From Paracoccus aestuarii (lineage in GTDB: Bacteria; Pseudomonadota; Alphaproteobacteria; Rhodobacterales; Rhodobacteraceae): a stretch of DNA of 64,000 bases. The position numbers and the translations under genes are program-made. The stretch lies in the NCBI RefSeq assembly GCF_028553885.1, contig NZ_CP067169.1, positions 2,222,385-2,286,384 on the forward strand. The letters run 5' to 3'. The first letter of the stretch is position 1. Each line of letters begins with the position of its first letter. The notes beneath the pieces were generated by a model. The model had not been told where the DNA came from and made no database searches. It saw only the letters and a program-made list of their open reading frames with translations. Shown here in pieces: positions 40,154-49,718 of the stretch.

Positions 40154-42420
40154 GGTGTCGCCTCGTCTTTTTCTTGTCTGCTCTTGGTCTTGGGGGCGCG
40201 GACGGGGTGGCGTTCGCGCGGCAGCCGGATCTCGGCCAGGGCGCCCGTCCCATCGGGCGCGTCGGTCAGGGACAGGCTGCCGCCATGTTCCTCGACGATC
40301 TTCTTGACGATGGGCAGGCCCAGGCCGGTGCCTTGGCTCTTCAGCGTCACATAGGGTTCGAACAGGCGCGACCGGTCGGCGGGCAGGCCGGGGCCGTTGT
40401 CGCGGATGCGGATGCAGACGGCCTCGGGCTGGGTCAGCAGGGCGACATGGATCGCGGGGGCCCAGCCCTCGGGCGCGTCGGCGCGGCGCTCCTCGACCGC
40501 CTCGCCCGCATTCTTCAGCAGGTTGGTCAGCGCCTGGCGCATCATTCCGGCATCGCAATCGACGATGACGGCGGCATCGGGAATGTCCAGCACCAGCGCG
40601 CCGTGCAGCGCGTCCTGCTGCAGCAGGATCAGCTCGCGCAGCAGGGCCGCGATGTCGGTCTCGGCCCGGTCGGGTTCGGGCATGCGGGCAAAGCGGCTGA
40701 ATTCGTCGACGATCCGGCGCAGGTCGTTGGTCTGGCGGATGATGACCTCGGTATATTGGTCCAGGGCCGCGCGGTCGGCCTCGGGGGCCAGGGGGCCGAA
40801 CTTGCGGCGCAGGCGTTCGGCCGACAGCTGGATCGGGGTCAGGGGGTTCTTGATCTCATGCGCCACGCGGCGGGCCACGTCGCCCCATGCGGCCATGCGC
40901 TGCGCGCTGACCAGTTCGGTCACGTCGTCGAAGGCCACCACGAAACCCTCCAGCGCGCCATCCTTGCTGCGGCGCACGGCCATGCGGACCAGCAGGCTTT
41001 CCACCCGGCCCTCGCGCATCAGGCGGACCTCGTCCTGCAGGGTCTCGGCCACGGAGGCGCTCAGGCGCTGGAACAGCGGCGCGAATTCAGGCACCACATC
41101 CGACAGCAGCCGGTCGATATCGGCCTCGGCATCCAACCCCAGCAGCCGGCTGGCCGAGCGGTTGACGAAGTCGATCTCTCCGGCCGCGTCCAGCCCGATC
41201 ACCCCGGAGGTGACCGAGGTCAGCACATTGTCGAAAAGCCGCCTTTGCCCGTCCGAGACGCGATAGCTCTCGATCAGTTCGGCGCGCTGCGTCTTCAGCT
41301 GGCGGGTCATGCGGTTGAAGGCCAGGCCCAGGGTCTGGATCTCGTCCCCGGTGCGGGGTTCGGGGACCTGCACGTCCAGATCGCCCCGCCCCACCCGGTC
41401 CGTCGCCTGCGCCAAGAGGCCGATGGGCCGCGACAGGCGCGACGCGAACCACAGCCCCAGCCAGATCGCGCCAGAGACCAGCAGCAGCGCGAACCCCAGA
41501 TAGACCAGCGAGAATTCCAGCAGCACTTGGGCGCGCATCTCCTCCAACTGGCGATAATCGCCGACCGTGGCGCGGGTGTCGTCCAGCAGGCCCAGCAGGC
41601 TGCCATCCACGTCCCGCGTCACATAGAGGTAGCGGTCCGCCAAGGGCGGCAGGGCGACCAGGGCACGGAATTCGTCGTTTTCCCAATCCTCGATCAGCAC
41701 GATGCCTTCGGACTGGGCCTCGTCCAGCTGTTCGGGGCTGGGGGCCTCGAACCAGAACAGATAGCTGCGTTCGCCCCGCGCGCGGATCTCGCCCGCGCCG
41801 TTGATGATATAGGCCTCGCGCAGGCCGCGCTGGATCAGGGACTGGCCTTGGGCCAGCAGCTGGCGCATCTCGCCATCCTCGATCAGGGGATTGGCGCGTC
41901 CGGCCTGGGTCAGCACGGCCGCCAGCGCGCGGGCATCCTGGGTCAGATCGCCCCGATGTTCGGCGTGATAGGCCTCGGCCGCGGCCTGGGACGTGGTGAC
42001 GACCTGCTGGACGCGGTCGGAAAACCACCCCTCCAGCCCGATATTGACCAGAAACCCCGCGAACAGCGCGACCAGCACCGTGGGCACCAAGGCCAGCCCG
42101 CCGAAGACCGCGACCAGCCGGGCATGCAGGCGCGATGCGGGCGACGTGCTGCGCCGGGCCGATATCAGCCGCGCCATGCGCGCCAGGATGAATCCGATCA
42201 GCACGATCAGATAGGCCAGGTCGGCCAGCAGCACGACGCGCAGCGCCTGGCTCTGCATGCCCCGGCCAAAGGGTCCCATGACCGCCAGCGTCGCCACGGC
42301 CAGCACCAGGCCGGTCGAGACGATCCCCCAGGTCAGGAAACCGCGCCATTGCCGCGGCAATCTGATACGGGCCAGCCTGTCCCAGCTGAGCCCCGTCGCA
42401 AGGCCTGCCATTACCCCCAC
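40150..42420 (-). CDS. ntrY: sensor histidine kinase NtrY
   Basis: N-terminal TM region, HAMP, PAS, HisKA (HEIKNPLTPI) and HATPase domains; GTG at 42420 or ATG at 42411. Confidence 0.85.
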   Translation of the reverse strand: MGVMAGLATGLSWDRLARIRLPRQWRGFLTWGIVSTGLVLAVATLAVMGPFGRGMQSQALRVVLLADLAYLIVLIGFILARMARLISARRSTSPASRLHARLVAVFGGLALVPTVLVALFAGFLVNIGLEGWFSDRVQQVVTTSQAAAEAYHAEHRGDLTQDARALAAVLTQAGRANPLIEDGEMRQLLAQGQSLIQRGLREAYIINGAGEIRARGERSYLFWFEAPSPEQLDEAQSEGIVLIEDWENDEFRALVALPPLADRYLYVTRDVDGSLLGLLDDTRATVGDYRQLEEMRAQVLLEFSLVYLGFALLLVSGAIWLGLWFASRLSRPIGLLAQATDRVGRGDLDVQVPEPRTGDEIQTLGLAFNRMTRQLKTQRAELIESYRVSDGQRRLFDNVLTSVTSGVIGLDAAGEIDFVNRSASRLLGLDAEADIDRLLSDVVPEFAPLFQRLSASVAETLQDEVRLMREGRVESLLVRMAVRRSKDGALEGFVVAFDDVTELVSAQRMAAWGDVARRVAHEIKNPLTPIQLSAERLRRKFGPLAPEADRAALDQYTEVIIRQTNDLRRIVDEFSRFARMPEPDRAETDIAALLRELILLQQDALHGALVLDIPDAAVIVDCDAGMMRQALTNLLKNAGEAVEERRADAPEGWAPAIHVALLTQPEAVCIRIRDNGPGLPADRSRLFEPYVTLKSQGTGLGLPIVKKIVEEHGGSLSLTDAPDGTGALAEIRLPRERHPVRAPKTKSRQEKDEATP

Positions 42421-42484
42421 CTGCCGTCTTTCGCGGCTTTGCTGCGGGCGGCGCGTGTCCGTGGCGCTGCCCCCTGTGGCGGTT

Positions 42485-43930
42485 TTACATCAGTTTGCGG
42501 CGCCGTGTCACCTCGATATTCAGCTCGGTCAGCTTCTTGCGCAGCGTATTGCGGTTGATCCCCAGCAGATCGGCGCAGCGCAGCTGGTTTCCGCCGGTCG
42601 CGTCCAGCGCCACCTGCAGCAGCGGGCGTTCGACCTCGCGCAGGATGCGGTCGTAAAGGCCCGGCGGCGGCAGCGCGTCACCATGCAGGTCGAAATAGCG
42701 CTGCAGATGCGCCTCGACCGAATCCGACAGGCGCGCGCCCCCCTGCGGCAGGGGCAGGACGGCGGCGTTTTCGGGGGCATGGGGGGCGGCGGCGGTCTGG
42801 GCGGGCCCGGGCAGGCGGCCGCCCGATTGCTGGGCCAAGGCCTCGCGCATCTCGGAGGCGCTGATGGCCGTGCCGCTGGCGGTCAGGGCCAGGCGGCGCA
42901 TCATGTTCTCCAGCTCGCGCACATTGCCGGGAAAGGGATGGGCGCGCAGCATGGCGCTGGCATCGTCGGACAGGCCCCGGTCGGGCAGGCCCTGCGCGGC
43001 GGCGCGCGCCAGCAGATGCGCGGCCAAAGGCAGGATGTCGTCCACCCGGGCGCGCAGGGGCGGGACGCTGACCGTCACCCCCGCCAGCCGGTAATAGAGA
43101 TCCGATCGCAGCCGCCCCGCCGCCACATCGGCCTGCGGGTCCGGGCCGGTCGTGGCCACGACCCGCGGGGCCTGGGCGCGGTCGGGGCCCGATTCCATCG
43201 CCTCGATCAACCCGATCAGCCGGGCCTGGGCGGCGGCGTCGAAGCCCGCGGGGTTTTCGATCACGATGGTGCCGGCGCGGGCGCGGTCGGCGGCGCGGGC
43301 GATCGCCTCCTCGCCCGCATCCGAGGATGTCAGGACCGCCAGCCCCCGGTCGCGGCGGTCGGACAGCTCGTGAAAGCTGCGCGCGATGGTGGTCTTGCCG
43401 ACCCCCGCCTCGCCCGCGATGATGACGGGCAGATCGGCGTTCAGCACGCGGGCGACCATGCGGAACAGGGCCTGCATGCTGGGGGCGTGGCCGATCAGCG
43501 GCATGGCGGGATCGGCCGCCTCGCGCGGGACGGGCAGCGGTTCGGGCACCGGGTCGGATTTGCGCGGACGGCGCGACAGGGCCTGGCCCGCCTTGGACAT
43601 CAGGTCCGGCAGATCGAAGGGCTTGGGCAGATATTCGAAGGCCTCGGCCTCGGTCGCGCGGATCGCGGTGACGATGGTGTTCTGGGCCGAGATCACGATC
43701 ACCGGCAGGTCGGGCCGCGCCTCGCGGATGGCGGGGATGCGGTCGATGCCGTTGCCGTCGGGCATCATCACATCGGTGATGACCAGATCGCCGCGCCCCT
43801 CCTCGACCCATTTGGACAGCTGCGCCAGGCTGCCCGTGGCATGCACCCGGCACCCCGCGCGGGTCAGCGCCTGCGTCAGCACGGTGCGGATGGTGCGGTC
43901 GTCATCGGCGATCAGAACGGTGCCGTCCAT
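42485..43930 (-). CDS. ntrC: nitrogen regulation protein NR(I) NtrC
   Basis: REC domain, sigma-54 activator domain and a C-terminal Fis-type HTH. Confidence 0.9.
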   Translation of the reverse strand: MDGTVLIADDDRTIRTVLTQALTRAGCRVHATGSLAQLSKWVEEGRGDLVITDVMMPDGNGIDRIPAIREARPDLPVIVISAQNTIVTAIRATEAEAFEYLPKPFDLPDLMSKAGQALSRRPRKSDPVPEPLPVPREAADPAMPLIGHAPSMQALFRMVARVLNADLPVIIAGEAGVGKTTIARSFHELSDRRDRGLAVLTSSDAGEEAIARAADRARAGTIVIENPAGFDAAAQARLIGLIEAMESGPDRAQAPRVVATTGPDPQADVAAGRLRSDLYYRLAGVTVSVPPLRARVDDILPLAAHLLARAAAQGLPDRGLSDDASAMLRAHPFPGNVRELENMMRRLALTASGTAISASEMREALAQQSGGRLPGPAQTAAAPHAPENAAVLPLPQGGARLSDSVEAHLQRYFDLHGDALPPPGLYDRILREVERPLLQVALDATGGNQLRCADLLGINRNTLRKKLTELNIEVTRRRKLM

Positions 43931-43942
43931 GGTGTCTGGTCC

Positions 43943-45052
43943 TTATGCCTTGGGCAGGGAAATGCGGAACACGGTGCGACCGGGGCGGCTGTCCACCCGG
44001 ATCAGCGCGCCGTGGTCGGTGATGATCTTGCTGACCAGCGCCAGCCCCAGGCCGGTGCCGTTCTCGCGCCCCGACACGAAGGGCTCGAAGACCTGGTCGG
44101 CGATGGCGGGGGGAAAGCCGGGGCCGTTATCCTCGATCTCGATCTGCAGGGGCAGCGGGCGGCCGGTGGGGTCGGCCTCGTCGGGGGGGCGGCGCAGGGT
44201 GTGGTCGTAATGGCTGCGCAGGCGGATCGTGCCGCCTGCCTTGCCGGCCAGCGCCTCGGCGGCGTTCTTGACCAGGTTCAGGCAGACCTGCGTCAGCTGG
44301 TCGGCATCCGCCAGCGCCGGCGGCAGCGAGGGGTCGTAATCCGTGACGATCTGCACATCCGCGGCAAAGCCCACCTGCGCCGACCGGCGCACCTGTTCCA
44401 GCACGTCATGCACATTGACCGGCGCCAGATCCGGGGCCGAGGTGTCGCCGAACCGCTCCACCTGATCCAGGAGCGCCACGATCCGGCGGGATTCGCTGAC
44501 GATCATGTCGGCCATCTCGCGATCCTCGGGGGTGGCGTTCATCGCCATCAGCTGGGCGGCGCCGCGGATGCCCGCCAGGGGGTTCTTGATCTCATGCGCC
44601 AGCATCTCGGCCATGCCGATGACGCTGCGGGCGGCGCTGCGGACATGGCGGGCCTGGTGAATGCCGTCATCGTCCTGCGGCACAATCAGCAGGGTGACGC
44701 CGCCATCGCCGTCCGGCCCCGCATGGACGGCGGCGCGGCGCGCGTGATGGCCGCCCGCCCGGTCGCCGATCTGGAAATGCACCTGCGCCTGATAGAGCGC
44801 CTCGTCGCTGGCGCGCACCCGCGACAGCAGGGCCGTCAGGTCGGGCTGGATGCGCAGCCGTGCGCCCAGCTCGTCCCCGTGCAGAACCCGCCCCAAGGTC
44901 GAGTTGCGCGACATGTTCAGCCAGATCTCGGCCGCGTCGTTCATCGCGGCGATGCGCCCCGCCCGATCCAGGATCAGCGCGGGCAGCGGCAGCGCCCCCC
45001 AGCCCGGACCGGGCCGGGCCTCGCGGAACCCAGGCGGGCGCGGATGGGTCAT
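43943..45052 (-). CDS. ntrB: nitrogen regulation sensor kinase NtrB
   Basis: PAS domain, HisKA (HEIKNPLAGIRGAAQLM) and HATPase domains; the ATG at 45052 was chosen within the longer ORF. Confidence 0.85.
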   Translation of the reverse strand: MTHPRPPGFREARPGPGWGALPLPALILDRAGRIAAMNDAAEIWLNMSRNSTLGRVLHGDELGARLRIQPDLTALLSRVRASDEALYQAQVHFQIGDRAGGHHARRAAVHAGPDGDGGVTLLIVPQDDDGIHQARHVRSAARSVIGMAEMLAHEIKNPLAGIRGAAQLMAMNATPEDREMADMIVSESRRIVALLDQVERFGDTSAPDLAPVNVHDVLEQVRRSAQVGFAADVQIVTDYDPSLPPALADADQLTQVCLNLVKNAAEALAGKAGGTIRLRSHYDHTLRRPPDEADPTGRPLPLQIEIEDNGPGFPPAIADQVFEPFVSGRENGTGLGLALVSKIITDHGALIRVDSRPGRTVFRISLPKA

Positions 45053-46050
45053 GCGGCCACCCCTGCGCCATCGGCAAAGGCCCGGCGGATCAGGGCGACC
45101 GTCTCGGCCGGGCTGGGCGCGCGCAGCATCTGGTCGCGCAGGGGCGCATCGGCCGCATCCGCATACCAGCCCAGATGCTTGCGCGCGACGCGCAGGCCCA
45201 GATCGGCGCCATAGAAATCCAGGATGTCCTCGTAATGCTCCTCGACCAGATCGGCCAAGGCGGCGCCTTGGGGAACCTGCGGCGCGGGCGTCCCCCACAG
45301 CTGATGCGCGATCTGCGCCAGGATCCAGGGCCGCCCCTGCGCGCCGCGCCCGACCATCACCGCATCCGCCCCCGACGCCGCCAAGGCCGCGCGGGCGCTG
45401 TCGGCATCGGTCACGTCGCCATTGGCGACCAGCGGCGGGCGGGCGGCCAGCTCGGCCACGGCCCGGATCGCGGACCAATCCGCCCGGCCCTTGTAGAACT
45501 GCGCCCGCGTGCGCCCATGCACGGTCAGCATCGCCACCCCCGCATCGCGCGCCCGCGCCGACAGATCGGCCGCGTTCAGGCAATCATCGTCCCAGCCCAA
45601 CCGCATCTTCAGCGTCACCGGCACCGCGACCGCGCCCACCACCGCATCGACCAGGCTCATCGCGTGATCCAGGTCGCGCATCAGCGCCGCGCCGGACAGC
45701 CCGCCCGTGACCTTCTTGGCCGGGCAGCCCATGTTGATGTCGATGATGCGCGCGCCCATGCCTTCGACGATGCGGGCGGTCTCGGCCATGGGGGCGGCCT
45801 CGCGGCCCGCGATCTGGACGCTGACGGGCAGCGCGCCTTCGGTCAGGGCCTTGGCGCGCACCGCCGCGCGGGTCGAGGGGCGCGGCGTCACCATCTCGGT
45901 CGAGGCGACCATCTCGCTGACCATCAGCCCCGCACCGAAGCGCGCAACGGCGCGGCGAAAGGGCACGTCGGTGATTCCCGCCATGGGTGCAAGAAACACC
46001 GGCGGTCCCAAGGGCGTGTCGCCAAGAATGATCGGGTCGGGCAATCGCAT
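45049..46050 (-). CDS. dusB: tRNA dihydrouridine synthase DusB
   Basis: FMN-binding TIM barrel (LAPMAGITDVPFR); classic position upstream of ntrBC. Confidence 0.85.
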   Translation of the reverse strand: MRLPDPIILGDTPLGPPVFLAPMAGITDVPFRRAVARFGAGLMVSEMVASTEMVTPRPSTRAAVRAKALTEGALPVSVQIAGREAAPMAETARIVEGMGARIIDINMGCPAKKVTGGLSGAALMRDLDHAMSLVDAVVGAVAVPVTLKMRLGWDDDCLNAADLSARARDAGVAMLTVHGRTRAQFYKGRADWSAIRAVAELAARPPLVANGDVTDADSARAALAASGADAVMVGRGAQGRPWILAQIAHQLWGTPAPQVPQGAALADLVEEHYEDILDFYGADLGLRVARKHLGWYADAADAPLRDQMLRAPSPAETVALIRRAFADGAGVAA

Positions 46051-46294
46051 ATCCTGTTCCTTCACCTTGCCGCGCCGCGCCCGCAAGAACGGCACCCGGC
46101 CCGGCGCCTGCCCATTTCGCAGGCGATGGGCCGCTGCCTATCATACAGGCACTCTGCGGCATGTTTAAGCACCCCTCGCGCCGGGCCCGCCAGCGGGCCG
46201 ATGTCGCATCCGATGCCCCGGATGGTCGCGCTTGGCGGTGGCGGCAAGGGGCGGGTCGTGATTGGATGGGCAGACATATGCAAGGGGGGAAGTC

Positions 46295-47677
46295 ATGTTT
46301 CTGTCGGTTTTCGATCTGTTCAAGCTGGGGGTCGGCCCGTCATCCTCGCATACGATGGGGCCGATGATCGCGGCGGCGCGGTTTCTGGACCTGCTGCGGG
46401 TCCAGCCCTTCCGCGCCCATGGGCTGCGCGCCAGCCTGCATGGCAGCCTGGCCTTCACCGGCAAGGGCCATGCGACCGACCGCGCGGTGATCCTGGGGCT
46501 GGCGGGGCTGACCCCCGCCGCGATGGACCCCGACACCGCCGAGCGCGTGCTGGAGGAGAACCGCCGCGACCGCCTGCTGACCCCGCCGGGGCTGGGGCCC
46601 TTGGCCTTCGACCCCGACCGCGACCTGCGCTTTGATTACGACCGCAGCCTGCCCGGCCATGCGAACGGGATGACCGTCTCGGCCACCGACGCGCAGGGCG
46701 ACGTGATCCTGCAGCAGGTCTATTATTCCATCGGCGGCGGCTTCGTGCTGACCGAGGAGGAGCTGGCCCTTCGCGCGGGCCAGGACCGCAGCGACGCCTC
46801 CTCCAGCGTGCCCTTCCCCTTTGCCACCGCGGCCGAGATGCTGGACATGGCCGAACGGTCCGGCAAGTCCATCGCCCGGATGAAGGAGGCCAACGAGCTG
46901 TGCTTCCGCTCCAACGCCGAACTGTCGGACGGGCTGACCCGGATCTGGACGGCGATGCGCGACTGCATGGACCGGGGCCTTGCGACCGAGGGGATCCTGC
47001 CCGGCGGGCTGAACGTGCGCCGTCGGGCGCCGGGCATCCATGCCAAGCTGATCGCCGAACGCGGCCTGAACATGACCGCGCCGTATGTGGTGAATGACTG
47101 GATGTCCACCTATGCCATGGCCGTCAACGAGGAAAACGCCGCCGGCGGCCAGGTCGTGACCGCCCCCACCAACGGCGCGGCGGGGACCGTGCCCGCGGTG
47201 ATCCGATACTGGCTGGATCATGTGCCGGGGGCATCCGAACGCGCGCTGCCCGATTTCCTGCTGACGGCGGCGGCGGTGGGCGGGCTGATCAAGCACAATG
47301 CCAGCATCTCGGGCGCGGAATGCGGCTGTCAGGCCGAGGTCGGCAGCGCCAGCGCCATGGCCGCCGCGGGCCTGGCCGCCGTTCTGGGCGGCACGCCGCG
47401 CCAGATCGAGAACGCGGCCGAGATCGCCTTGGAACACCATCTGGGCATGACCTGCGACCCGGTGCGGGGCCTGGTGCAGGTGCCCTGCATCGAAAGGAAC
47501 GGACTGGGGGCGATCAAGGCGGTCGCGGCGGCCAGCCTGGCGCTGCGCGGCGACGGCAGTCACATCGTGCCGCTGGACGCCGCCATCGAGACGATGCGCC
47601 AGACCGGCCGCGACATGTCCGAGAAATACAAGGAGACCTCGCTTGGCGGCCTGGCCGTGAACGTGCCCAACTGCTAG
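46295..47677 (+). CDS. sdaA: L-serine ammonia-lyase (iron-sulfur dependent)
   Basis: [24 protein letters not shown]...; SDH beta and alpha domains with the Cys cluster ligands. Confidence 0.85.
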   Translation: MFLSVFDLFKLGVGPSSSHTMGPMIAAARFLDLLRVQPFRAHGLRASLHGSLAFTGKGHATDRAVILGLAGLTPAAMDPDTAERVLEENRRDRLLTPPGLGPLAFDPDRDLRFDYDRSLPGHANGMTVSATDAQGDVILQQVYYSIGGGFVLTEEELALRAGQDRSDASSSVPFPFATAAEMLDMAERSGKSIARMKEANELCFRSNAELSDGLTRIWTAMRDCMDRGLATEGILPGGLNVRRRAPGIHAKLIAERGLNMTAPYVVNDWMSTYAMAVNEENAAGGQVVTAPTNGAAGTVPAVIRYWLDHVPGASERALPDFLLTAAAVGGLIKHNASISGAECGCQAEVGSASAMAAAGLAAVLGGTPRQIENAAEIALEHHLGMTCDPVRGLVQVPCIERNGLGAIKAVAAASLALRGDGSHIVPLDAAIETMRQTGRDMSEKYKETSLGGLAVNVPNC

Positions 47678-48762
47678 GGGGTCAGCTGGCCCCGCAGGCT
47701 GTAATGCAGCCCCGAGGGCCGGAACTCCGCCCGGCCGGTGCCGTCGAAATAGGCCGGCACGATCATGTTCACCAACCGCGATCCGAACCCCTCCCGCGTG
47801 GGGGGCGAGACCGGCCCGCCGCCGGATTCTCGCCAGTCCAGCGCAAAGACATCGCCCTCGCGCGACCAGGTCAGGTCCACGATCCCGTTCGCATCAGCCA
47901 GCGCGCCGTGCTTGGCCGCATTGGTCGCCAGCTCGTAAAGCGCCAGGGACAGGCCCACGGCCTGCTGACTGCTGAGCGGCACGGGCGGGCCGGACAGGCG
48001 GATGCGGTCATTGCCCACCAGATGCGCGCCGATCGACCGGGCCATGACATCGGCGATGTCGGCGCTGTCGCCCAGGCCCGTGAACAGCCCCTGGGCCTTG
48101 GCCAGCGCCATGATGCGCGCGCCCACCGTGTCGCGCGCCTCCTGGATGGTGCGGGCGTTGCGCAGGCTGGAGGAGACCACCGTCGAGGTCACCGCCAGGA
48201 TGTTCTTGATGCGGTGCAGCAGCTCCTCCTGCATGACCTGCTGGTTGCGCCTTGCGGTCACGGTCTCGGTCACGTCGACGGTGATGTTCAACAGCCCCGC
48301 CACGCTTTCGTCGTCGTCGAAAAGCGGCGTGTAGCTGAAGGTCCAGAAGGTCTCCTCGTCGAACCCGTTGCGGGTCATGACCAGGCGCATCTCCTCGGTC
48401 CGGGTGCTGTATCCGGCCAGGGTGCGTTCGACCATGGGTTCGACATCGTGCCAGACATCCGCCCAGATGCGGCGGAAGGGCTGGCCCAGGGCCTGTTCCT
48501 CCTTGCCGCCCAGCACGGACATGTAGCCGTCATTATAGAGCATGACGAGGTCCGGCCCCCAGAACATGGATGCGGCATGCCCCTGCGCGACCATCATCCG
48601 CACCGCGGCGCGCAGGGCGGGCGACCAGCCCTCCATCGGGCCGAGCGAGGTGCGGGACCAGTCGAAGGCGCGGATGCGGCTGCCCATGATGGTGTCGTCC
48701 CACCGGAAGCGTGCATCGCCCAAGGGCGCATGCGCTGTCCGTGCCAGGTCGACGAAGCTCAT
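47674..48762 (-). CDS. PAS-domain sensor histidine kinase of the HWE/HisKA_2 class
   Basis: PAS fold followed by HRIKNILAV (the H-box of HWE kinases) and the ATPase region; no cognate response regulator is adjacent. Confidence 0.7.
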   Translation of the reverse strand: MSFVDLARTAHAPLGDARFRWDDTIMGSRIRAFDWSRTSLGPMEGWSPALRAAVRMMVAQGHAASMFWGPDLVMLYNDGYMSVLGGKEEQALGQPFRRIWADVWHDVEPMVERTLAGYSTRTEEMRLVMTRNGFDEETFWTFSYTPLFDDDESVAGLLNITVDVTETVTARRNQQVMQEELLHRIKNILAVTSTVVSSSLRNARTIQEARDTVGARIMALAKAQGLFTGLGDSADIADVMARSIGAHLVGNDRIRLSGPPVPLSSQQAVGLSLALYELATNAAKHGALADANGIVDLTWSREGDVFALDWRESGGGPVSPPTREGFGSRLVNMIVPAYFDGTGRAEFRPSGLHYSLRGQLTP

Positions 48763-49011
48763 CACGCATCCTCCCTTTTCTGTCGCCTACCATACTTTCA
48801 CTCCTTGCAAGTGCTGTCCAACGAATACCCTGGCCAAAGGCAGGAAATCGCCACCGTAACAAACATTTATCAAGAATCGGACCGGCCTGTGCGGTTCAGG
48901 CGGGCGCCTGCCCACACGCGCGGGCGCGGGGCGCGGCGCTTGCTCCGGGGGCGGCGGGTTGATAACCCTTGCGTGACAGTGATCCCGACCGAACCAGAAG
49001 GCAAAAGCCCC

Positions 49012-49620
49012 ATGTCCGCCCGTCCTTCCGCCCGTCTTGCGATGCTTGCCCTGCTGACCCTGCCCTTGGCCGCCTGCGACAGCGAGGCGATGACCGACCT
49101 GCGCCGCGGCGTGGGCCTGGACCGCACCGAGGAGGCACAGCCCGCCCAGCCCGAGGGTCCGCGCCCGCCCGCCGTCTCGCCCCTGGTGGAACCGATCGAG
49201 ACCGGGGCCGAGCCGCCGCGCGCCCTGTCCACCGCCGAGCCGCTGACCTATCGCGCGACCGCCTTCGTGGCCCGCGGGAACGAGCCTGACTGGAACGTCC
49301 AGATCAGCGGCAACACCGCCACATACCGCACGCCCGACACGCCGAACGGCCGCCAGATCCAGGTGAACCGCCTGGTCTTCGACCGGGGCGTCGAATATAT
49401 CGGCGTGCTGAACGGGCGGCCCTTCGTGGTCAACATGCGCGCCGCCCCCTGTCAGGACACGATGTCGGACGAACGCTTTCCGCTGACCGCGCGGCTGACG
49501 GTGACGGGCCAGACCCGCACCGGCTGCGCGGCGCCCGGCGTGGTGCCCACCGCACCCCAAGCTGCATCCCAGGACGCGCCCCAGGCCGCGGCCGGTGCCG
49601 CCCCCGCGCAGGCGGGCTGA
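49012..49620 (+). CDS. hypothetical lipoprotein
   Basis: Signal peptide plus lipobox (LPLAAC) and two conserved Cys; real start inside the spurious 766-aa ORF 47320-49620. Confidence 0.5.
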   Translation: MSARPSARLAMLALLTLPLAACDSEAMTDLRRGVGLDRTEEAQPAQPEGPRPPAVSPLVEPIETGAEPPRALSTAEPLTYRATAFVARGNEPDWNVQISGNTATYRTPDTPNGRQIQVNRLVFDRGVEYIGVLNGRPFVVNMRAAPCQDTMSDERFPLTARLTVTGQTRTGCAAPGVVPTAPQAASQDAPQAAAGAAPAQAG

Positions 49621-49718
49621 CCCCGATGCGCGGGTCACGCATTCGTGTGTCGATCCGCGCGTCAATCCCTGCCACTTGGCGGCCAGCCCATCCTGCCCGC
49701 CCCCAGAGGATACCGCCG

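Noticed and set aside
40174-45214. Long plus-strand ORFs (794 aa, 985 aa)
   Set aside because: Antisense to ntrY, ntrC and ntrB, which have unambiguous domain architectures; low-complexity translations.
35688-46050. Whether the dusB-ntrBC-ntrYX-trkAH-hfq-hflX block is an unusual arrangement
   Set aside because: This gene order is the standard, widely conserved arrangement in alphaproteobacteria and needs no special explanation.
47320-49620. 766-aa plus-strand ORF
   Set aside because: Most of it is antisense to the HWE kinase. Only the last 202 codons (49012-49620, with a signal peptide and lipobox) look like a real gene.
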